From Xylanibacter ruminicola 23 (lineage in GTDB: Bacteria; Bacteroidota; Bacteroidia; Bacteroidales; Bacteroidaceae), in contig NC_014033.1 of the NCBI RefSeq assembly GCF_000025925.1, positions 3,540,001-3,572,000 on the forward strand: a stretch of 32,000 bases of DNA. Direction: 5' to 3'. Shown here piece by piece: positions 24,649 to 30,267 of this stretch. A program made the position numbers and the translations under genes. Below the pieces are notes generated by a model that was given only the letters and a program-made list of their open reading frames with translations, searched no databases and was not told the origin of the DNA. How positions within the stretch are numbered: position 1 is the first letter of the stretch; the number at the start of each line of letters is the position of its first letter.

Positions 24649-24700
24649 CCATTATTTCATATTTCGCTATGAAATGATGGATATTTTTTGTTTTATTTTT
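24649..24700 (+). terminator. 13-bp-stem AT-rich hairpin plus T-tract
   Basis: ccattatttcata-tttcgc-tatgaaatgatgg (1 mismatch) followed by atattttttgttttattttt. Confidence 0.55.
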
Positions 24701-24712
24701 AGCTGGATACTT

Positions 24713-24720
24713 TACTTTTG
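24713..24720 (+). promoter_or_regulatory. TAnnTTTG motif (tacttttg)
   Basis: Exact motif upstream of ORF 24803. Confidence 0.5.
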
Positions 24721-24802
24721 CAAGCGGATTTCCAACCATTAGTAATAATGTCTAAGCAGAAACATGTGTGGGCCTATTCTGTTTCGCAAACGTGAAGCAA
24801 GA

Positions 24803-25285
24803 ATGAAACAAATTGTGATAGAAATTGAGGATGAGGCTTACGAGCCTTTTATGGGAATGTTGCGCCTTTGTCCTGCTGCAAAGGTGGTGGGCACGAACAG
24901 CTTTGCTGAAACACGCGATGTGATTGATCGGTGTTTTGCTGAAGCTATTAGGGAGTTGCAAGCCGATAAAAAGGTGTATAAGCGTCCCAGCGACCTGGCT
25001 TACATCATGATAGGTGTAAACGATGGTGCTATTAATGGTGTGGATTATTATCTAACGCCTGATGACTTTACTGGCTATCTGTTACAGGTTGGTATTAATC
25101 AACTGCCTAAACGCTCAACAATCTACAATAAGGTGAATGACACCGTTGGCAAATTTCCTGATTGGAGCTTTGTACATGATGTGAAACCTAAAGAAAAGAT
25201 AAGGAGAAAAAATCTGTTTTTGCGTTTTTCGAGTGCTTTCGGAAGGGCTAAACGCCAAAAGTTGGACGGATTTTTGGACAAGTAA
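24803..25285 (+). CDS. Hypothetical 160-aa protein
   Basis: Start chosen at MKQIVIEIEDEAYEPF (the track start 24764 adds 13 unlikely residues). Unknown family. Shares a ...P.D....I...F......ST.YN... pattern with the C-terminus of the preceding ORF. Confidence 0.6.
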   Translation: MKQIVIEIEDEAYEPFMGMLRLCPAAKVVGTNSFAETRDVIDRCFAEAIRELQADKKVYKRPSDLAYIMIGVNDGAINGVDYYLTPDDFTGYLLQVGINQLPKRSTIYNKVNDTVGKFPDWSFVHDVKPKEKIRRKNLFLRFSSAFGRAKRQKLDGFLDK

Positions 25286-25312
25286 CCGAAAGCTGGACAG
25301 GTTTCTGGACAA
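25262..25312 (+). promoter_or_regulatory. Duplicated 20-nt unit, each with two TGGAC half-sites
   Basis: ttggacggatttttggacaa (25262-25281, the last codons of ORF 24803) and ctggacaggtttctggacaa (25293-25312), about 40 nt upstream of the next promoter motif. Confidence 0.5.
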
Positions 25313-25349
25313 TCGAAAAAACGGCCATTGTCGGCTCGAAAACTTGCTA

Positions 25350-25357
25350 TACTTTTG
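25350..25357 (+). promoter_or_regulatory. TAnnTTTG motif (tacttttg) for the 25412-30209 operon
   Basis: Exact motif 55 nt upstream of the ATG at 25412. Confidence 0.5.
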
Positions 25358-25411
25358 CCGACGGAAATCAGATGATAGTCGTCTGATATGGTTTAAATTA
25401 AAGAATAAAAA

Positions 25412-25765
25412 ATGAGAAAGAAGATGAACATTATCGGTTACTTTACTGTACCGATAAAAGTGATTGAGGGTGAAATGAGTTGCGATCAGGACATCGACAG
25501 CTACGCACTCAACGTTAAGGATCTGTTGGACCAACAGGTGAGTCAAGAACTGAGTGAAAAACTTACTGAGATGCTACTTGGTTTTAATGAAGATGTGCAA
25601 CTGGAAATGGTTGAGAACATGCTTAGTTTTATCTGTGCTAAGGTGCTGCACACTACGGGGTGTTATTCGGTTGATACAGCATTGGAATTGTGCTATAAGT
25701 GGATTGGCGAGGAGCTAGGAATAGCTACCAGCGGGTTCGGTAAACTGATGAATAAGCTGATTTAA
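25412..25765 (+). CDS. Hypothetical 117-aa protein (possible C-terminal HTH)
   Basis: Unknown family. The C-terminal segment YSVDTALELCYKWIGEELGIATSGFGKLMNKL has a helix-turn-helix-like character. Confidence 0.55.
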   Translation: MRKKMNIIGYFTVPIKVIEGEMSCDQDIDSYALNVKDLLDQQVSQELSEKLTEMLLGFNEDVQLEMVENMLSFICAKVLHTTGCYSVDTALELCYKWIGEELGIATSGFGKLMNKLI

Positions 25766-25767
25766 CG

Positions 25768-25959
25768 ATGGCGGAGAAGAAAATTAGAATAGAAGGCCGG
25801 GTGAAACGGATAGAGTATCTGAGATACCTGGCTAATGTGAGAGCTGAAGAACACCAGGCGGTGGATATGGGATACCGCATCACGCGCAAAAGTATCGAAG
25901 AGATTAGGGAGGAATTCGTTAGAGTTTCAAATTTTGATTCAATCTATTTGGAAATTTAA
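25768..25959 (+). CDS. Hypothetical 63-aa protein
   Basis: Starts 2 nt after the previous stop (coupled). Charged and helical, with no motif recognised. Confidence 0.45.
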   Translation: MAEKKIRIEGRVKRIEYLRYLANVRAEEHQAVDMGYRITRKSIEEIREEFVRVSNFDSIYLEI

Positions 25960-25960
25960 A

Positions 25961-25987
25961 AATGTAACAATGAAATAATGTAACAAT
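25961..25987 (+). repeat. Direct repeat AATGTAACAAT x2 (16-bp spacing)
   Basis: Copies at 25961-25971 and 25977-25987. The 9-mer TGTAACAAT also occurs at 15105-15113, in the control region upstream of the R-M locus. Confidence 0.8.
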
Positions 25988-26006
25988 TTTAAAAAGTAAA
26001 AGAATT

Positions 26007-26288
26007 ATGAACACAATGATTTTAAGAGTGAAAAAGTGCGGGGTAATGACTACCGTACAGAGTGAGAAAAGTGAGAATGGCGTACTTGACAAGCGTACAC
26101 TGGTACTGCAGATGTTGGGTGGCAAGTATGAGGACAGCTTTGTGGTAACAGCCCTGGGCAGTTTGGCCACCATCGAGTGGACCGAGGGCGAGTTGGTTGC
26201 CTGTAGCATGAGCTTCAGAACCCGAGAGCACAACGGACAGGTGTACATGGACGTGATTGCGAACGAAATCCAAAAGATTAAACGTTGA
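26007..26288 (+). CDS. DUF3127-like small OB-fold protein (possible ssDNA binder)
   Basis: 93 aa. The pattern (...VQSEKSENGVLDKRTLVLQ...YEDSFVVTALGS...EGELVACSMSFRTREHNGQVYMDVIANEI) matches my memory of DUF3127 topology. Confidence 0.5.
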   Translation: MNTMILRVKKCGVMTTVQSEKSENGVLDKRTLVLQMLGGKYEDSFVVTALGSLATIEWTEGELVACSMSFRTREHNGQVYMDVIANEIQKIKR

Positions 26289-26321
26289 ACATTAAACATT
26301 AAAGATTAAACATTAAAGATT
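26287..26321 (+). repeat. Heptamer array E (5 units)
   Basis: gaacatt aaacatt aaagatt aaacatt aaagatt, from the stop of the DUF3127-like ORF to 9 nt before the next ATG. Confidence 0.9.
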
Positions 26322-26330
26322 AAAAAAGTT

Positions 26331-26888
26331 ATGTATTTAAGTGAAGCAATTAAAGCAATGGAGATGAACCTCCGCAGCACATGTATGATGCTGGAGGCTG
26401 TAAGAAACAATCAAGTGGACAAGGCAATAGATTATGACTGGCTGCCGATGCAGGACCATCTGGCCTTGTGTATTCCAACGATTACTATTAGCGAGGAATC
26501 AAGTGTGGAGGACTGCTTAAAGTACCTAGGTCAGCTGTACAAAGGGCTTACCAAAGCTATGGCCCACTATAAGAAGGGCAATCGTATAGTAGGAGATGTG
26601 GATCGCAATGTAGTGTATATGGTTGACATGCTGTATGGGTTAATAGGGCACCAGTTTAACGAGGACTATGTGAACTGTGCCAGAGAGTGTGTTAAGGCAT
26701 ATAACCAGACACCTATCGATCCTAACGAAGAAAAGAACGATGAGAACGCTCGTATCTGGCGACGCAAGGTGCTTGATAAGTTCGGTGTTATCCTGAAGAA
26801 GTACGATATCGACATTACCGAAAAAGGTGAGTGGAGTATCAGAGAGGGGTATCTGGTGGAATGGTTAGATAGAAAGTACTGGAAATAA
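26331..26888 (+). CDS. Hypothetical 185-aa protein
   Basis: Intact ORF in the operon context, preceded by a heptamer array. No motif recognised. Confidence 0.6.
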   Translation: MYLSEAIKAMEMNLRSTCMMLEAVRNNQVDKAIDYDWLPMQDHLALCIPTITISEESSVEDCLKYLGQLYKGLTKAMAHYKKGNRIVGDVDRNVVYMVDMLYGLIGHQFNEDYVNCARECVKAYNQTPIDPNEEKNDENARIWRRKVLDKFGVILKKYDIDITEKGEWSIREGYLVEWLDRKYWK

Positions 26889-26976
26889 ACAATTTTGAGT
26901 TGAGGTGAGGAGGATATTCTCGAGTAAATGGCCAAAGAATCCGAAACTTCTTCTCGCTTTAAAACTCAAAAACAAA

Positions 26977-27348
26977 ATGAAAACAAATAACAAATTAAAC
27001 AAGACCGTAACTGTTAACGGCATGATGGCCGTTACAAAGAGTGATTTAGAAATGGATTATGTGCAGTTTTTGCCTGATAATCCGAGTATAGGACAAGTGG
27101 AGGCTTTTCGTGGTCGTGGATTAGGTCAATTGTTGACCAACGGATCATTTGAGTTTGTGAGAACCAAACGATTGCGCCATAAACCTGAATTCAAAGGTGG
27201 TTACGCCAGTTTGTCGTTTGGCGCAGATGGCAATGATCGCGTAACTTTTGTGGTGCCTAACGAACTGCGCGCCCAGTTGCCAACCATCCTGCGAAAGGGT
27301 ATTTGTCCAATCATTAAACACCTGCAAAAGAAAGGATTTAGTAAATGA
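26977..27348 (+). CDS. Hypothetical 123-aa protein
   Basis: ATG at 26977 preceded by an A-rich leader (the track start 26905 is GTG). Its stop overlaps the next start (ATGA). Confidence 0.55.
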   Translation: MKTNNKLNKTVTVNGMMAVTKSDLEMDYVQFLPDNPSIGQVEAFRGRGLGQLLTNGSFEFVRTKRLRHKPEFKGGYASLSFGADGNDRVTFVVPNELRAQLPTILRKGICPIIKHLQKKGFSK

Positions 27349-29690
27349 TTTACCGTATCATAAATAAGGGTAAGAAGTTTGCTTATCTGGTAAAGAATCG
27401 TGAAGATTTCTTGGCGCTTAGAAACACCAAGGAGAATCTGGAGAACTTAGCCAAAGCGCGCAAAGGCGATGAGAAAGCTAAGGCCCAATTGGTGCAGTTT
27501 GCCTACAATATCGGTGTGCTAAAAAGTTCGGCTTTGGCTGGTTGCAAGAGCATTGGTAGCTACTTTTTTCATGATGTGGATTGCTACGATGCTGAACAGA
27601 GTGCAGCGATTGCAAAGCAGATATTGGCCAAGAAGGATGAGATTGGCTTGATGATGCTGGAGAAAAGTGCGAGTGGAGGATATCATTTGGTTTGTAAGCG
27701 CCAGCCTGGTACTACTCTTCTCGAGAATCAAGTGCGCATTGCGACCATTCTGCAGATTGAGATGGATACTAACGTGCATGATTTGCAAAGGGTGGTCTAT
27801 TCGACTAGTGGTGATGAAAAAGATTTACTTTATCTTGACGACGAGCTGTTTGGTGAACCGATGACGGTTGAGGAGTGCGAGGCGGAATATGCTAGATTGA
27901 AAGAGCGTGAACGTAAAGGTGAAGAGCAGGTGCCGGCTGGGGCTAAGAAGGCGAGGAAGCACTATAAGCCTTGGACTGAATTATTAGCAACGGACAACAG
28001 GACTAACAGGTCTGATTCTGCTGCTGAAAATACTACTGAAGAAAAAATCCTAAAGTCCTGTAGTCCGTTGCAAAATAAACCAATCGATGAAAGGGTAAGG
28101 TTTGTGATGGAGGCGGTTTTGAAGGCGAAGGGGCTGGAGAAGTCGGACTTTACGGATATTGGCGGTAGGCATAATGCGGTGAAGATATTCCTGAGTGGCT
28201 GTAACCAGTTATTAAGTAAGGAGGAGGCAAACGGAGCTTTGGCGGAACTGATGCCCGAACATTGGGCCGATGCGAATGTACAGAAATGCCTGAGTGATTT
28301 TTATGCCAAGTATTACAATCCTGAACGAAAACTGAATAAGGATGAAGAGGCAATATTTACGAAGAGTAGGAGACTGGGGGATGATAAAGAATCAGAAGTG
28401 AGTGATCGTTCTGCTCCTATTCCTCCTGAGATGCCGGCAAAACTGCCGAAACTGATTAAACTACTTACCAAGAATACCCCCAACCAATACAAAGCTGCGG
28501 TGGCGCATGCGGTGTTTCCATCGCTTGGAACACACTTGAAAGAAGTGGAGTTTGAGTACACCGATTACGTGAAGCATGAGGCCACGCTGATGAACTGTCT
28601 GATGGCGCATACGGGCGCAGGTAAAGGCTGTATAGATGAGCCCATCCGCCACATTATGGCCGATATTAAAGCCCGCGATGCCGAGAACACCCGACGTGAA
28701 GCCGAATGGAAAAAGGATTGCCAAAAGAAGGGCGCCAATAAGGACAAGCAGGTTCGCCCCGAAGGACTGGTGATACAAGAGATTGATCCCGATATGACCA
28801 AGCCTGCATTGGTTACCCGTATGGACGAAGCTGAAGGCCACTTTGTATATGTAAAGCTGAACGAGATTGACCTGTTTGAGCAGCTGAAAGGTCAGACTGG
28901 CAAGCAGCATTTCCAGCTGATGTGCTTGGCTTTCGATCCAGGTGCTGAGTTCGGTCAAACACGTATCGGTACACAGAGTGTAACTGCCAGACCTAAGTGT
29001 AGGTTCAACTGGAACGCCTGTACTACCATCCAAAAAGGTCGTCGCTTCTTCAGTCGTGTACTCACCGATGGTCCTATCAGCCGAATTAACTTCTGTACCA
29101 TCCCTGAGATGGAAATTGGAGCTGAACAACCTATCTATGGCAAGTACGACGAGGCGTTTGATGCTGAGCTGAAAACGTATATCGACAACCTTGTGTCGGC
29201 TCATGGTGTGGTGGATTGTCCGCAGGCATTCAAACTGGCTAAAAAGCTACAAGAGGAGTGCGCTGAATTTGCCCGATTGTCGCAGGATGAAACCTACTGG
29301 AACCTGTCGCATCGTGCCATTGTGATAGCCTGGTTAAAGGCCTGTGTGCTGTATGTGGCCAATGGCTGCCAATGGGAAAAGACGATTGAAGATTTTGTCC
29401 GTTGGAGCCTGCAGTACGATCTGTGGTGCAAAATGCAGTTCTTTGGTGAGGACATTGAAAAAGCCAACCAAGAAGGCGAGCGCATAGGAACTCGAGGCCC
29501 TCGTAATCTGCTGGAGCTGTTGCCTGATGAGTTTAGATTAGAAGATATTCAGCGTGTGCGCATCAAGCAGGGTATGTCTGGTGATAAACATAAATGCGGT
29601 CAGATGATTCGTCAGTGGGTTCATCGCAAATATGTGTTACAGGTGACAGATGACAGTTTTGTTAAGAGCGAAAAGTTTAGGAAACGTTAA
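27345..29690 (+). CDS. Primase-like protein: AEP/BT4734-type N-terminal domain plus DUF3987-like C-terminal region
   Basis: 781 aa. AEP motif I FFHDVDCYD and motif II KSASGGYHLV in the first roughly 130 aa. The C-terminal half has a P-loop-like HTGAGKGC. A low-complexity linker (aa about 215-243) carries the palindromic element. Confidence 0.7.
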   Translation: MIYRIINKGKKFAYLVKNREDFLALRNTKENLENLAKARKGDEKAKAQLVQFAYNIGVLKSSALAGCKSIGSYFFHDVDCYDAEQSAAIAKQILAKKDEIGLMMLEKSASGGYHLVCKRQPGTTLLENQVRIATILQIEMDTNVHDLQRVVYSTSGDEKDLLYLDDELFGEPMTVEECEAEYARLKERERKGEEQVPAGAKKARKHYKPWTELLATDNRTNRSDSAAENTTEEKILKSCSPLQNKPIDERVRFVMEAVLKAKGLEKSDFTDIGGRHNAVKIFLSGCNQLLSKEEANGALAELMPEHWADANVQKCLSDFYAKYYNPERKLNKDEEAIFTKSRRLGDDKESEVSDRSAPIPPEMPAKLPKLIKLLTKNTPNQYKAAVAHAVFPSLGTHLKEVEFEYTDYVKHEATLMNCLMAHTGAGKGCIDEPIRHIMADIKARDAENTRREAEWKKDCQKKGANKDKQVRPEGLVIQEIDPDMTKPALVTRMDEAEGHFVYVKLNEIDLFEQLKGQTGKQHFQLMCLAFDPGAEFGQTRIGTQSVTARPKCRFNWNACTTIQKGRRFFSRVLTDGPISRINFCTIPEMEIGAEQPIYGKYDEAFDAELKTYIDNLVSAHGVVDCPQAFKLAKKLQEECAEFARLSQDETYWNLSHRAIVIAWLKACVLYVANGCQWEKTIEDFVRWSLQYDLWCKMQFFGEDIEKANQEGERIGTRGPRNLLELLPDEFRLEDIQRVRIKQGMSGDKHKCGQMIRQWVHRKYVLQVTDDSFVKSEKFRKR
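27987..28071. repeat. Palindromic element copy 2, in-frame inside the primase-like ORF
   Basis: gcaacggacaacaggact (27987-28004) against agtcctgtagtccgttgc (28054-28071): 17/18 complementary, 49-nt spacer. 28044-28078 is nearly identical to 6318-6352. Confidence 0.85.
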
Positions 29691-29723
29691 ACATTAAACA
29701 TTAAACATTAAAGATTAAACATT
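29689..29723 (+). repeat. Heptamer array F (5 units)
   Basis: aaacatt aaacatt aaacatt aaagatt aaacatt, spanning from the primase-like stop codon to 3 nt before the M15 ATG. Confidence 0.9.
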
Positions 29724-29726
29724 AAA

Positions 29727-30209
29727 ATGGAACAGATAGTACAATTGAATAGTAAAGCAAACCTCTCCGAGCACTTCTTGCTCGGGGAGTTCACCAGGAG
29801 TAAGTATCCTGAAGTGTATAACATCCCTAGTCATGAGGTTATAGCCCATTTGAAGAACCTCTGCACTTGGCTGGAGGTTTTGCGAGAGAAAGCCTCGCAA
29901 CCTATCATCATTAACTCGGGTTATCGATCGCCGCAGTTGAATCGGAAGGTTGGTGGAGCACCCACTAGTAATCACTTAACGGGATGCGCTGTAGATATTC
30001 GTACTTCGGGGTATGAACAGGCGATAGTGTATGCGGCCATCCTCATCAATTATGCTAAAGAATCGCAGCAGGAGTTTGATGAACTGCTGATAGAGAAGCG
30101 CTCGGCTTTGCCGCTTGGCTCGTCCAAGAATCGCTATGGTGCCGTGTGGCTGCACTTTGCGGTTAGACCGAAAGATAATCGGCATAAAGTGAATTTTTTG
30201 ACTACATGA
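29727..30209 (+). CDS. Peptidase M15 (D-Ala-D-Ala carboxypeptidase/endolysin-like) zinc hydrolase
   Basis: 160 aa. SGYRSPQLNRKVGGAPTSNHLTGCAVDI (H-x6-D zinc site) and a distal His in VWLHFAV. Confidence 0.8.
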   Translation: MEQIVQLNSKANLSEHFLLGEFTRSKYPEVYNIPSHEVIAHLKNLCTWLEVLREKASQPIIINSGYRSPQLNRKVGGAPTSNHLTGCAVDIRTSGYEQAIVYAAILINYAKESQQEFDELLIEKRSALPLGSSKNRYGAVWLHFAVRPKDNRHKVNFLTT

Positions 30210-30232
30210 TGTAGTAATTCCGAAGAAAGTAG

Positions 30233-30240
30233 TAATTTTG
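30233..30240 (+). promoter_or_regulatory. TAnnTTTG motif (taattttg)
   Basis: Exact motif 28 nt upstream of the ATG at 30268. Confidence 0.55.
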
Positions 30241-30267
30241 CAATCGAAAAATTATTTATCTAAATTA

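Larger units (their letters stand above)
13858..30210. mobile_element. Putative accessory genomic island (no integrase or att sites identified)
   Basis: Content is defence, replication-like and unknown genes. Parts are more AT-rich than the flanks. It is bounded tightly by the DUF4294 promoter/terminator on the left and the promoter of the HhH gene on the right. Confidence 0.4.

Noticed and set aside
25115-25546. 143-aa minus-strand ORF spanning the orf160/orf117 junction
   Set aside because: It crosses a plus-strand promoter motif and two plus-strand genes that fit an operon. No signals of its own.
26893-26971. 9-bp inverted repeat ttttgagtt/aactcaaaa enclosing the spacer before orf123
   Set aside because: Short AT-rich stem with a 61-nt loop, so low predicted stability. 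Not distinguishable from chance without folding or conservation data.
5441-26977. Track start codons at 5441 (TTG), 13842 (TTG), 15113 (TTG), 19551 (TTG), 24764 (ATG) and 26905 (GTG)
   Set aside because: In each case a downstream ATG fits better with a TAnnTTTG motif or an A-rich leader, or with a signal peptide (5447, 13830, 15194, 19560, 24803, 26977). The longer extensions add implausible residues or overlap promoter motifs.
28461-29204. 247-aa minus-strand ORF opposite the primase-like gene
   Set aside because: Antisense shadow; the plus-strand frame is continuous for 781 codons and translationally coupled to its neighbours.
13858-30260. Search for integrase, transposase, tRNA or flanking direct repeats at the island borders
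   Set aside because: None found by eye. The only shared short strings (e.g. agtaattt at 15042 and 30231) are within chance expectation, so no att sites are claimed.
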